A stretch of 64,000 nucleotides of DNA from Phoronis australis. Its lineage: Eukaryota > Animalia > Phoronida. The notes under the pieces are model-generated. The model did no database searches. It saw only the letters and a program-made list of their open reading frames with translations, and had not been told where the DNA came from. The translations under genes were made by a program, and so were the position numbers. The DNA lies in NCBI GenBank assembly GCA_002633005.1, contig NMRA01000004.1, positions 1,657,144 through 1,721,143 on the forward strand, read 5' to 3'. Every line of letters starts with the position of its first letter. Within the stretch, counting starts at the first letter, position 1. This document shows, piece after piece, positions 1-15,000 of this stretch.

Positions 1-3000
1 ATCACAGCTCTGTAGATGGCGACACACTCGTCTTTGGGTATGTGCAGCTCCCACCCAAGCTCGCCAACAAAGGAAAGGCGGAGAGCACGCACTTCGTGTC
101 CAGCAACAGTGATCACCTGAGTGGAGACGATATGTATTACTAGACTTACAGGAAATATGCGTCTTCAATAACTCGAAGACTACTTTCTTTGGGTGAGAGT
201 GGGAGATAGATATCTTTTAATGAAATCTTACTTGTTACATGCGTGAGATATGCCATATTTTTGGAGCAATTTCCTTAAAAGGATAATAAACCTAGGTTTG
301 ACCTATTAACAAATATCAAACAAGACTTTCTCATCCAGTTTTCTGAAGCAAAACAAAACAAAACTGTTCTTCAACCTCGTCAACTTCGGAAACTGTGTAG
401 CAAATTTTGAAAACCTCTTGCAAAGCAGGCTTCAGGCGGGGGCGAGCGTGCCTAGTTACGTTTTAGCCGAGTTACACGACAACTGTGGTCAAAAACTGCC
501 TACCAACGCAAGAATCATAATATCCACTTTGTGACGCACTGGGTACGTTTTTAGTTGAATACCGCTTTTATCACTCAAGGGGACACCATTGTTGCATTAT
601 TAGGGGACAGAATGAGGATTGGTTGCACTCTCCAAAACAGGGTTTACTATCCTTTTAAAATGTTGTTTGGTGCGTTTGACGAAAATAAAACAAATTTTAA
701 TGAACTTACCTGGTTTGTCGAAAACGGAAACGCTTCATTGCTTAACTCGACATCTGATAGGGCTTGGAGAACATCCCGACTAAAATTAATAAAACTTTAA
801 TATGATCAAGCCTTTCCTGGTTGTCTCTGTGTGCTGCAAGCACGCGCGCATGGGCGTGCTTTATAAACATATGCGCGTATACATGTTTATGCGAGTGCTT
901 GTGCGAGATACTCAGGTTTCTTTGAAAAAATAAGAACAATGACAAATTTTGAAAACGTGTCTTGAAAGAAGACTTTGAAGTCTAGAGAACATAGAAATCT
1001 GAATTATTAAGGTTGGACAATCCTAAATTTAAAATACTTTCGAGTAACGCCCCTGACGTAGAGCTAATTCAAAAATCTGAGCGCAATTCTCAGAAGATAT
1101 TGCATTTAGTATTATCTGTCAGGAACACATTTCTTGTTCAACATCAGTCAGTACCTCCTGGGTCCCTGCACACTCAACATTCCCATATCTTCGGACATGT
1201 CCAACAATTGACAGTCAAACTTCTCGTCCTGTAGTACGTTCATGATGTGACTGAAATTATGTTGTGTGGTGGCGCCACTAACCGCGATGTAAAAACCACG
1301 ACCTGTGTGAAAAATGAAGAATTCAACAACAAGTTGTAAATTAAAGTCAAATGATCCTACAAGAAGAGGGGAGACTTTTGTGAACAAATTGATATTTTTA
1401 TACATAGCAGAAGATTTGGGCTTACATTTCGTGAGCTGAGATGGTTGGGATCGCCATCTACTTGTGTCTGTATCAGTTGATCGCAAAATGAGTAAAGATC
1501 AAGTTTTGTTGGTTCAAATAATTCTCAATAATTGAATTTTACCTTCGAATGTGGGAGAGTGTGGTTTACCATCACCTGAACCGATGACGCTAACAGTCAC
1601 GTCATTCTCTATACCACCCATCTTGTTCAGCATACACGTGTACACTGTGGAACCTAAGAAGATGAAATAGAATGTAAATAAGAATGAGTAAAACTCTCTC
1701 AATCGCTGTTGCCTAGCTCCATTAATTTGTCTGGTCATTAGATGACGTTCACTAACATGTACTATTTGAGTACCAAGGGAAAAGGTTACTTCTCCAGTAC
1801 CCCGTGCTTTACAAGCGATATACATGTACAGCTGTACACACAACATAATCTTGCCAGGCATCCACAGTTCATTTCACTCTTCAAGTTAACAAAGGTGTGA
1901 TAAGTAAACCTAGCGCAGTTTAGGAGTCCGTTCCATGGAAGTAACTAAGACTTAAGACAGGAAATTAGTCTTCCGCTCTAATTCACAGTTAGTGAATAAA
2001 GGTTTGCTTAGCACATGTAGTTATGAGCACATCACAGTTTTTTACAGAAAGAGACCGAAGGTAATATGATTAAAATCACCCCGCAATAGCGAGTGCCGAA
2101 TGTTGTGATTTATTTTGCGATCCTCGAAAAAATCGAGCCCTAGCGTAGGACAAGTTAACACTTTTTTGTGTTTAATGTTGTCGGAAGGGATGGGTGTTAT
2201 TTTTGGCTTATCTTATACATTACGCAACTTTTTACCTGCTGACATAACTCTAAATATAACTTTAACTAGGTCCAACCAAGGATCTAACTTTGAATCACAG
2301 GTAACAACTGTGGTGCACGAGAAAAACAGAGGAGAATACATGTATTTTGGTGACAAAAGAACGCTGTCAAACGCTTGTCCTGTCGTAGTACCTCACATAG
2401 TTCACCGTTCTCCAATTGTAATAACTTTATTGTCTTTCATATAATCTTACAACGTTCCGCACTCTTACCAGGGGGTTTCTGAACGTCATTAGAAAATATC
2501 CAATCTGCAGCCTTTTGCGCGTCGGGTCCGGTAAGATAGAACTTGCCAAAGTTCGACATGTTGAATACGGCGACATTGTTGCGACACGTCAGGCATTCCT
2601 CCCCGATCTGGAAGTGAGCGTCGTCGGCGATACACAAAAGAGCAAGAAAATCGCATTGGCTCGCAATATGTAACAGCTTTAATTTGATGTTTAAAGTGAA
2701 AACGAAACATTTTGACTGACAATAATGTGAACATGGCACCAGTGAATACCAGGAGCAATGTTTGTTTGGATTCAAGTTCAAGAAAAAATAATATCGGGAT
2801 GCCATTGTTTGGAACATCTGCATGGCTCCACTTCAGAAGGTTCGGTTCAAGATTTCTTGTTAGAACTCTTGTGTTATGTACGTGAGAATTTATGAATGAG
2901 GAGACCAAGAGGCGTCACGGCAAGAAACGTGTATTTTATAATACCGAATTACTTGAGAAATTACGACAATCTGTTATAACACTGGATCTACAGCGCCATC

Positions 3001-6000
3001 TATATTTAAATGAACAAATGAAGAACAGGCACGCAGCAAACTTTTTAATTAGTGAACTTCGGCATTAGTGTGTTTGATTAAGGGACTATACAGTTTGATT
3101 TTCATCTGCAGACTAAATTGTTCGTTGTGTATTCCATTGTTGTATAAGTGGAAAATAATACAGAAACCTAACATTTGCCACAGTCCTCTAACTCTTTAAT
3201 GGCAAAACAAGATGTCATTGATCCTGAAGTTAATCACAGTGCCATCTTTTTCAAAAAGAAATACACTTCGGTCATATATGCGTCATTAAAGACAAAACCG
3301 ATACTATAAACGGTAGTTTTTAACCCATTTGGCATAGAATATAGTCGACAAGTGAATTTTTCTTTTGTCAAATTTCTCCACAAAATGTAAAGAGTAAAGA
3401 CATCGTAGTCTTATTACCACATAAGCGTGGTCTGTAGTGTGTAGATGTCAAAAAACAACATTTAGTTAAAGTTTTCATTTTCGCACCAATGAAACTAGCC
3501 TTTGAAAAATGGAAAATGATCAATTGGCAACTATTTTTGTGCAAAATACGTGGAGAATTGCCATAACTAGCGGTAACCGACCATCGTGTAGGTTTGTGTA
3601 ATCGTTCTAGTTGGCCCAGGCAAAGCCGGATAACATCTCTTTCAAACTGCCATTTAATGACAACACAATGGCTCAGGCTCAAAAACATTTCCACCTGTTT
3701 GTTACCAGGCTATTAACGTCTGCTTGCACCCGAGGGTGATACATGTAGCTAAAGTTTCATTGTATTTTTTAATTCAGCAAGTCAACGTTCACCCAGTTCA
3801 TTGATTACTTCGAAAACAGTTTAAATGAAGATTTTGACATGACTTGGCTGTGGCTGCGTGGAACTTAAAACGGCAAAACATCGTCCAGGTATAGCACAGG
3901 ATATGATGAAACTCACCACGTCGTGATGTGCAGGAAAACTGAATGTGCAATCATTCTTCAGCAGATCATAGTAGGTGTTATTTTGATTGACAGGATGGCC
4001 ATAAGCTCCGTACCAGTCATATGGAGGAGGCTGGAAAGATTTGATAAAATTATAGAATTGATCTCTAAGCCATCTCTGGTCTTAGTAAAATAGTTCAACG
4101 TTTTTAACTGAACTGTGAAAATGGCGAATGCTAGTTGATACGTAACGGCATACTTTCACAAAGGAATGACGACTTAGCCCGTCATTCTTAGGGTCTTCAC
4201 ACTCTAAAAGTAACAGTATGCCGACATACATTAATAAAGACTCGTTTTACATAGTTAAAGGTTCTCGACATGCCAACCATCACGTAGTTAAGTGTCGTTA
4301 TGTCCGCACTTTATGACCGCCATGTGCGGAACTGGTCATCAGGCCCACGCCCATGCCAGACGCAATCGATTTAAGTTGGACGCTCCCGGATTACGCTGTG
4401 ACATCTCGTGGTGTGACCCACAATGCTGCACCATCCTTCAAGCAGTTCTTTAGCCATGTTTTCAAGCCATTTGATTTTCCCATGTTATTTGTTGATGCAT
4501 TGCTTTTTCAAGTTTGCCCTCGACTGCATTATCTATATTCGACCTTCCAGTGCCAGCAATGTTTTATTGTTGTGCTGTAGGTTGCAATTCCTACTGCAGA
4601 AAGTTGGACAAACTTGAGAAGTATCTGCAGACGCCATACTTTCTTACATGATTCCTAGAATCAGTCCGACATTTCTAAAACGAGGACAATGTAACAACAC
4701 GTTTCCCCACCTCCTCGACAAGAGATTTCTGGCCCAGACCTTAGGTTACCGTTTTCTTATATCGAGCTTTCATTGCCACCACTCAGGGTAGCACCACTTA
4801 CCTTGATCGATCCTTTGTCCGAGAACCAACCAGGCCTCTCCCAGCCCTGTCGTTCTTGGTAGTGGCAACCAGCAGATGCCAGCTCCTGATAAACACAAAT
4901 TGAGCGCAAACAGGTCAATGTGAGTACATTTTAGTGCGAGTATTACGTGTAAATATGAGGATTTGCACGAGTGGTAAAAAATCGACATACTTTAAATTCA
5001 TAGAAAGCAACATGAGATTTGAGAAACGCAAACTATAGGAATCAAAAACAAACTGCAGATTAAGCAAAAAGCACTCATGACACACTTTAGCTTTTTAAAC
5101 GAGAAACTCATGGGATACGACTTATGAGTATTGTGAACAGATGGTGATAGGGGCGGATGGAGTCAGTGGGGTCTGACTTAGTTCTGGGTTGCACGAACAG
5201 TCAAAAATCATTACAAGCGATGTAAAGAACCATGCCATACCGGTTAAAAAAACCATTTTATCAAAATATTCCGCGCTTATAAAATAAAATATTGAAATCA
5301 AGCACTGATACGGACTTTTAACGGAAGATTTCATCTAAAATATTTGGTAAGCAACTGACAATCTAGTTCACAATTAAACAGAGATGAGCTTGGCTCAGCT
5401 GTAAGTGGGTTACGAATGGAGATGAGGCTTACATCCCTCACGCCAGACATGTACATGTACCTCGTAAAGTGGGTCCAGTCTCATGTTACGACTAGCTAAA
5501 GGTTCGTCATGAGCAAAAACCGTTGAGTACTTTTTGGCGTAAGCTTCATGGGAGCGCTGCCGAAGCCAACCCTCGTTGCCAGTTTGTTTTTCACTAAAGC
5601 GCCTGACAAAACAAGAAGAATGCATTCGTAGGAAACGTCAACATCATTAGTATTTTAGCATTTCCGGCCCTGCTGGGCCACGATGCCACACTAAATAATG
5701 TCACTGGTTATCTATGAACTGACAATCAAAATTATTCAATTGAATTTTTTAACATTATGATGTAGATGTTAGAAAAGCGATACTGCAGTTTGATTAGAAA
5801 AGAAAACTTAATTGGCAATAAATGAAACACACAAATCTGTTTCAACAGTTGGCAATACATTCGGATATCAGTTTGCGTTGATATAAACAAGACGTAGAAC
5901 ACTTCATATGAGGAACAAGAAGTATTTGAAATTGTTAAGTGCAAATGCCAAATTGGGTGGTGTACGTACTCGGCGACTAATCGGGAACGTGCATCTTGTT

Positions 6001-9000
6001 GTAAATTAAAGAAAATAGCCGGAGGCAAAAATCTCACGGTCGTGTTGGTTCGAATTGTTTTCCTGGGTCATAGTGAAATTAAAAGAAATCATTGTGTCAA
6101 TGTCATCGACTGGTCGCTGGTTTCAGTCACCATAGTCATCGGAGCTCTGGCATCAAAACGGCACAAAATATCACGCACAAATTAGGTCGAAGAAATCTTA
6201 CGTATCCCCAAAGCGTACAATTTCTGGCGGTTTTGAGGTGTTCAGTTGTTTTGTTATACGATTCTTACATGAATATAACGGAAACAAGACAATTTTTTAA
6301 TAATTACAGCTTACTCCACCTGCTCGACAATGACGAAGCATACTGCGTCACCTCCGTTTTCGTATTTATCGTCTCAAAATGCCTTTTGTACCAAGTTAAA
6401 TGTTATGTGCCAACTTAAAAAAGGTGTTTAAAATTGGTAAAAAGTGTCGTTTATGTTTGTCCCCATGCAATACTGCGAAGTTTACGGCAACTTTACCTGA
6501 TATCGTAACCATACATATCGAGAGACGGTCGGCCGTGCACCACCCACTCCGCCAGCTGCTGCCCACAACCGCCACCTATCAGTAAACGTATTCCATTCTC
6601 ATACATTGTATTTGTATGGCCATCCTTTCGTGTTTGGACATTAACTAAAACAATTGCGATTCTAAGTCAATTTCCACACGATTGCAATTCTGGATATGGA
6701 AACTTTACAGCCAAAATTGGCAGCCAAACCACACGAAGCTGTTTTATGGCAAGTGGCGTCGTATGGAGATCGCAAGGCATTGTTTAACTTGCGACATGCG
6801 ACTGGTTATCACCCACGGGACGAAACCATTGTTTTCCTTCGTTTCTTCTTTGTGGGATAAAACAATTCAGGTCGCATGGACATCGTACCTAGGACACACA
6901 TGACCCGGTTACCGATAAGTACTTTTCATTATCTTTATTTATAACAAGTGCAAAATGGAAGCACCTTTCTTCTGATCTCTGTGCGACAAGCTTGCGACCA
7001 GCTAGTGACCAGCTTGCGACCAGCTTGGGACCTAGTTCCCCATGCTTGGGCAAAAATGAAGAGATTAGCTACGTGCCTTGGGACCAGGACCATTCTCCAC
7101 AAGTTCGCTATTTAACTGTTGTAGTGGCATGAACAAGGTTTCGATATCCCAGAGATTTAGTTACATAATGTCATAGGGTTTCGATATCCCAGAGAAATAC
7201 TTACATAATGTCATACCGGAGCTACTAAAACCGCAGCCGAGATAAAAGCCTCTCACTTCAGGGGACTCGCCTAACAAAGGCTTATGGTCTGGAGTAAATG
7301 ATTCTGGAATGGCCAAACATATCATAATTAGGTAAAGACAAGTGTTTTGCAAACTTGTATTTTTCATCTGAATCTTCGTTCTGTTTTGTGAAGCAGTTAC
7401 ATTTTCTTTGTTTCAAATTCTCTGTGCAGGATGTATCCTAATATTCATACTTGCAGTAGCCTCACAGCAGTAGCGTGCAGAGTATTAGCGACGCAAGGAG
7501 TGATTTTTATTGGATACCCCTCTCTCTACACAAAATGCGAAACATAGAATAGAAACTTTGTTCAATTTAACTACAACCGAATCAGTCACAATTTCAAAAA
7601 GTTTATTCCTAGACTATATAGTGATTGGAAGCCCTCCTCCCTATGCGGATGCCCGGGGCGGTCGCCCCGTGCCCCCCCCCCCCCCGCGTCTGCACACTAT
7701 TGCCTTCATAAAGCAAAATTCAGGCATTTCATTTAGTCTTATTTGTATCGAAATTCCATGAGAAAATTAGCAGACATACGGACATTATTCTGCCTATACG
7801 GGACTGAATGTCACCCACCATTGGTACATGTACATCCCCTTCGTTTTAAGGCGAGATTTATACTTCAGTGTTATCAAATAATAACCCTGTTTATCGTTCT
7901 TAGAAGATCTGAATTAAGAATGTACCAGGTCCGCAAACAGTTGACTTGATTCCACTTTCCCCTACGGCAGGCACTCTGTTGACAGCGCCATCTATGTGGA
8001 CACTAAACACGTCCCAGTCAAGGTCGAACAAAGAAAAGGCAAAATCCTTCTTCACCTATTGGCGAGAAAGGTTTCATAATGTACTTTCGTTTAACTGTGT
8101 AACATTTCAAAAACTAGGTTAGTCATAGAACACGTTTTCAACCTCATCGAAAAGGAGAGTTCCATTCGGGATGTTGCCATTAAAGCCTAACTTCAACGGA
8201 ATTTTGTTACTTTAGATGTATTAGGCTAACCAGATAGTCCTAGAAAAGACTTCGTAAAATAAGAAAACGCGACTTCAATCACGCAAGTGTAAGCCCGTCA
8301 AATGATACGTGAAGCTGCCTTTTCGTGCCACGTTGCCTCACCGTGAGATCCCACCACAAACAGCAAATGTTTGTATTAAATAGGGGTCTGAATAGAACAT
8401 CATTGCGTGCGGGTGTTGTTCGCAGCTCAGTGTTTCAATTAAAATTTGATTCTCGTGGTGACGTAGACAAAAGCGAGCCAATACGTCTAACAGTTCGGTC
8501 GGTACATTTGGCAATTTATGGCACTAGTGGGTTCAGAGCGATGCTCTTAACATACTGTAAGAACCAATTTTACATGTGATACCGTTGAAGACAGACTTTA
8601 AGGTTATGATTAGCCCTGGACAAATATCCAAGAGTGGCTAATGTCGGAACATTACGTACCGCAGAAATGGCGGATTCTGAAACAATATCAATTCATTCTT
8701 GCAAAAGATGCTATAAAAATTAACATTTCATGGTTTTCGTGGAAAATTAAATGTAACACAGGACAAATAAGAAAAGCTTTGAAAATTTAGAAAACGGTGA
8801 CAGTGTTTTTAAGGCTCAATTTAAAATGAAAACCAAAAGAAAAACTTGGTTACTGGTATCCATCAGTGAACGGTTCACTTACATCATCCCAGAATACTGG
8901 ATTGGGTTCGTATCCACCAACCGCCAAGGCGTCCCCCTGAAGCTTGAGATAGACTGAGGCATCTTGGTCCCGTAAATTTGGCATATTCTGAATTCCTTTT

Positions 9001-12000
9001 ATTTTCTCGGTCACAACATACGCGTGCTTCATAGCCACCAGGGGCGTTTTTACTCCAGCCATCTCACCAAGTTGAGGTGCCCAAACGCCTAGATCATTGG
9101 ATCAGTAACAAAAACTAAATAAAATTCATAACAAATCAAGATAACAGTTACCGACTATACAGAAATTGGCCATCTGTACATAGCCAGTTTATGGAAATCG
9201 AATCTAATAAAAATATTTGTGCGACTGACAGCTTCGTATTTAGGAAATAAACGTGTAAAGATAGGTTTAAGAGTGTAATATGTTTCCTCATAATGTCATG
9301 GATGTTAAGAGTTGGGAACCATGCATTCTAAAACAGATTCAAGATTGTTGTTGATGGCTTCTGAATGCTGTTAAGTTGATAGAGAGGGGTTCTGTGAGTG
9401 TACATGTACAGTGCATAGATGATCGTTATCCGAATAATTTGGCAGCAGCCCCTCTTGAAGACAAAATTTACTAAACGAACGACATTACAGCGATTGAGCG
9501 AGTATGTAGTACGAAAATTGTCAATTGACAACAATTTTGTGTGCTATAAATTCTGTCTTCCAGATGGATGATTGTCTGGAAAGGCGGCGAGCATGTCAGG
9601 CCATTCATGAAAGTTAAGTTGGCCATGAACAAAACTTTTGCGACCTTCGGTGACCATTGCTAAAATAATCAGACCAGTGTTTTCTACGGTAACATATTGG
9701 ATACGACACACGAAGCTATCGAAAATCAATATTCAGTTCCAATAATGTAGTACTTTTCACATTTTGTGATATTTTTGATTCTATACTACATCAAAAGCTT
9801 TTGTAAGATCAAGAAAGATAGTGAAGGGAATTTTGGTGATGAACATGTGAATATACATGGAGTTCAAGTGAAGCCAGTTGAGTGACATTTACTTCTGAAA
9901 CCATTTGATGTTTGTCATTTAAGAGATTTGAAGGTTGGTTCTGAACATTTTTCTAGAATTTTAGAGATAGAGATAAAGATACATGTCTGTAGTCAAGTAG
10001 TTCAGTTGTTTATAAACAGGGACAGCATCTGCAATATTCAAGTCTAGAAAAACGTTGGTATGTGAACATTATTCGATGATGATGTTGAGAGGGTTGATTA
10101 CAGGTTAGCAAAGGAAGACGACCTTTCAAGGTCTTGCTGAAAATAACATTATTTGATTCGGAAAGGGATGTGGCGATTTGGGAGAGATGACAGTTGAATA
10201 AATTTGAAATTTCCGATAAGTCATAAATTTTAGTGTCGCCTGCACGAACGACATGTCGGGAGTATCATCATCTTTCCCTCTCACTTGCGTCCGATCATGT
10301 GTATTACACATATCCTACATTACTCTTTCAAATGAGCCATAAAAATTATTTTGCTTGACGGAGTATGTAGTAGTTCTTTTGAGCATTTCGTTGTAGTTTG
10401 AGGTTATAGATACAGGTGCCACATGATTGTGCGTTGCGTGAAGTTTCCTTGTCTCTAAGCCAAACCATGGCAAAAATGAATCTCTTCTTTTTTAAATGAG
10501 GTTAGTCAAGGTTTCTTAGCATGACGCAATTATGCCTGGGTTCCCCGCCTGCATTCACTTCTGACCGAAATTCTGTAAAACGGCGCAGTGACGCAAGTGA
10601 TTGGGAAACCACGAGGTTTGTTTCCGGTGTGTAAGAGTAGTTTTGAAAGGAACGTAGGGCGCTTGAGATGTGATTGGAGGAATGGAATTAGGACGGCAGT
10701 CTCAAAGTTGGGAAAAAAGAATGCCAGATCGATTTCGAAGGTTTGAACATGTTGCGGATTTAAGAAATTACAGTATTCGTTAGTGCAGCTGCGGTGTAGG
10801 TGAAAGGCATAAGGTTATGGAAGGTTTTAAATTGGAGTTTGACATGAAATTCAAGAATAAGTGAAATTTTCATGAAAATGAGTAAGTTCTTGAACGTTTA
10901 TTGGGTATCGAGAACGTGTTTTCAACATTTTCTGGGTTTTACCTACCGGCGCAATTGATAACTTTGTTTGTCTGAACTTTTCCTTTAGAGGTCTCTACAG
11001 ACATCACCCTCTTCACTCCAAAGTCATCTTCGGACACATTTACCTCAGTGACGTAGCTGCCTGTGATAATCTGTGAAAGAGACAACAAATATCGTTGGCC
11101 AAATGGTTGAACGTTACGCACGTAAATTACGTGCGTAAATACATTCTTCTTAGTGGCGTGAATTAACACGTAGATTTACTGAACCGATATTTACGATTCT
11201 AGTACTACTAGATTTTAAATGGCTTATTCCCTGCTTATTCTTGAAAATATGTAATTTTAAGAATATGTTTCTCAAACTGTTGCAAAATTGACTAAGCGAT
11301 TTGGTAATAAGTCGCATCTTGAGTTTAAAACTAGCATGAGTAAAACTTCCCCCATGGAAACAATCACTGAGGCGACACCAGTGTTAACGTAGCCAACCGG
11401 AGACCTACATGTAAGTACATCGTAAAGTAACTTCCTGCCACTCACTCCAACGGGGGATTCTTTGATCTTGCCCGGGTTGTTACCGGATAACTCAGTCTTA
11501 TGAAGAGTTCAACGCCACATATAGCATTTTTTGATTAGTTTGATTATTTTGTTTCACAAGGCAACCTCAACTACATGTATCGTCAACACGTGAGCCTCCC
11601 GAAAGTTTTAGGTGGTCCACGGTACTTTTCTAGTAATCTGTTCTCGATAACTACATCGGTGTGGCAACACCCCTCCAATCCCCCATTTCTAGCGAGAGTC
11701 GCCTAAGTTATACCTTTGCTCCGGCGTGTTCCGCAGCACGTGCCAGGGCCGTGCAGTATCCCGCCGGATCAATGGTACCATCTCCAGGACTGTACAGAAC
11801 TCCGTATAAATCGCTCGTGTTCATCAGTGGGTAAATTTTCTTCGTTTCCTCCGGCGACAGGACGTGCGACTCAATACCAAAATATTTTCCGAGCTGAAAG
11901 ATAATGCAAATAATATTGAAAACAAATACAAGTGAAAATAGCAATAATATTAATGGTAATGGTAGCAAAAAACAACAATAATAACATTAATGTTAGTAAC

Positions 12001-15000
12001 AATAAAAATTGAAACTACACCAAAAGAGTGTTATTTCACCCAGGGTGAGCAAACAAGACTGGAAATAACTATAGACGCATGAATCTGATCAATCACGTGA
12101 CACTATCCACAAACTGGGGATCGAACTCTTGTACTCGGCCGTCTACCAAACTGTACAAGAAGTGCCACTTCTGACGTAACTGATTACAGATGACCACTCT
12201 GAAAACATGGTTTCAACAGGCATATATATGCTCCTAGACCACATTACAGATTCAATTGACTCACAGAAGATACTTTGGTGCTGGAGCCTTCTGGCTATGC
12301 TTGTTAATTATAAGGTTTGGCAACTCTCTTACGTTTTAACATACGAAACATAATTTGCGAAAAGAAACAAAGACTTTCTGTCACTTCGTCTTTAAACATG
12401 TCTCCCCAACTTTCGTCAAAAAAATACATTGTTGCTAGCCAGTAAAATCGAGGCCTTTCTGACACCCTGTACGAACTCACCGTCATCATTCGCTTGTATT
12501 CTTCCAGTCTCTCCTTATTGGACGCGATGAACATGGCGCCATTTTCGATCCACCCTGTATTAACCCCAGTCTCGGCCTCCAAACTTTTCATTAGGTCACG
12601 ACTGCGAGCCGTCACTTGAATATCTGTGTCGTCAGGACGGAACCGCCACACTAAACCTGTTGATGACAGCAGGTCTTGTCAAGAAGATGGAACACAATGG
12701 GAAATGTTTGAACCTTTTCTTATTGTTGCACTTCGTTTTCCCTGCTTAAGCATTGAGAATGGGTTAGTTAAGGTTGGGTAGGACCTTATCTACAAGACTG
12801 TGAATTTAACCAAATATCTGCAAAACTATAGAGTCAAATTGGTAAAGTATGTATTCTGTAAACGCAGAAAAAATCAAGAAATTTGTTTTTGACTATGTAT
12901 CAGTCTGCCAGTATTTCACTCCCGTGACCATGTAAACTATCCTTCTAGTAAAATATGGAAAAATAAGGGTACATTCATATCAAAACAATGGTATCGATAA
13001 CATGGCTAAATTTCGCTCGAGATGAAATATTAAAAACTAATACAGTTTTCAAAATTATCTTTTCGTTTCCATGTATGCAACTTTTGTTTTTTTCTCAGAA
13101 AAGCTGTACAATGAAAGTCCTATTTTATAGTTCTTCATACGAAAGTATGACCAGACATTTTTGCTATACGATGCGACAAAGTTAGACAAATTCGTGCATT
13201 TTTATGGTTCAATATAACGTTAAGCCCGACGTAAAATTGTACGTGAATGTCCCTCCCCATTATAGTACTGGTCGGGGTATCCTGTGTTTGGAATGGAAGG
13301 GGTAACATTTTGGAAAGGGGCACATTTTGGAAGGGGTCACATTTTGAAAGGCTTCGGTGGTTTCTGAAGCATTATGTTCCCGCTGTCATTGGTCGTCATA
13401 CTCTTCACGAATATGAAAATGTGCAGTGCTGTCTTGATAAGGAAATTTCCACCCAATGTTGTCGGAGCCACTTGCCTAACTTTTACAGTTTTTCAGACAA
13501 ATAAACAGAAAGAACGGCAGTTTTAACTCCGAAATCAATCATCCAATGACTCGACACAACTTTTAGAAAATGTCCCATTCCGCGTTTTGAATCAACCCAT
13601 TAAGTTATCTTATATAAACCAAAAGATAACAAAGCACACCGTGTTTAGTCTTTCAAAATCTCTAACGCCAATGCACATACTTATGTTCTTTTTGAAATAT
13701 TTTCCCCTGAATTTTTTTTCAAATCAGGCCATCACAATATTCAGTCTCTAGGCAGGCTCGTTTATGGATGTCAAAACGCCGGTTACACAATTTCCGCACC
13801 AGATCACAATAAAATCAAACCAACGTGCGTTGAAAATACCACCGGCACATGTAAATTTAGTATCGTAGCTATTTCCTGGAAACTGGTCAACAGATGGCAG
13901 AAATGCATATGAGTAACTGTGTCAGGTTGCCACATGATTACTATAATTGCAGACCTCAAATACTCGTGTGAGAACCCCGTTGAGGGCCTATCATGTGACT
14001 CATTATCACCGCTCGTTCTTTCTGGAATCGGTGTTTTGTTTGTACCCAGTTTATGTGTTGTTTATCGTACTGTTGTTCAATTTGTGTAGTGCAAAGTAAA
14101 CATTTGTGAGATGATGTTATCGCTGTTTGTTAAAAGTACTGCCAAAACTCCTGCCAGTAATTTTAGAGTACTTAATCTATGACAACACTTGAGCAATAAT
14201 CCTGGGATTGTCAAAGTTCAGATAATAGCGTCTAATCATCGAACAGGTGCTTGAATGATAAACTGTTCATCTCCACTTACAAACAAGAGCAACGCGGAGC
14301 GTTGAAATGTGACCACCACAGCACCGCAAACGGTGTGTTTTATGGTATTTTAGTACCACAAAAATAGCCATTAGATGGCGCATACATGTAATGCATCAAA
14401 CCCGTCCGAAATGAGAAGCAAGCGCCGTCTCTGTAATACACAACTATTTGTCCAATTTCATGAAAATAAGCCAAGGAACTCCTAACACTAAAATGTAAAC
14501 TAGGGTTAACAGCGATAGTCTGATTGGTCGAAAATTGCCATCTGTTTTCAGGTTTATAGGAGCCCGTCTGACAAATTTCGCACAGATCCTTCAAAGGGTT
14601 AAGAAGATACAGCCGTAGACGCCAAAAAAAAACAGCAAAATTGCACATAGGGGGCGTCAGAATGCTTGGAAACATCCAAAAATTAACGTCAGCCGGAGTC
14701 TTCGCATCAGGAAGACCACAGTCATTTTTATAACGATCCTCTGAATGATTTGGCTGATAAAAAGGCAGACGTTAAAAGCATATTTAAATGGCCACCACTG
14801 AGGTGACGCACAAAATGTCAAATCTGTCCAAAAATGGGAAGGGGTTGTCTCCTGATGAGAAGCCTATTCGCCAAATTTCATGAAAACACATTAATGAACT
14901 CTAAAGATACAGCCAAACGTAAAAAAACATTTTGTCACTAGGTGGCACAGTGGTATTTGGATCAGTTCGACACTGGTTACCGTTTGTCGTAGGCTCCATA

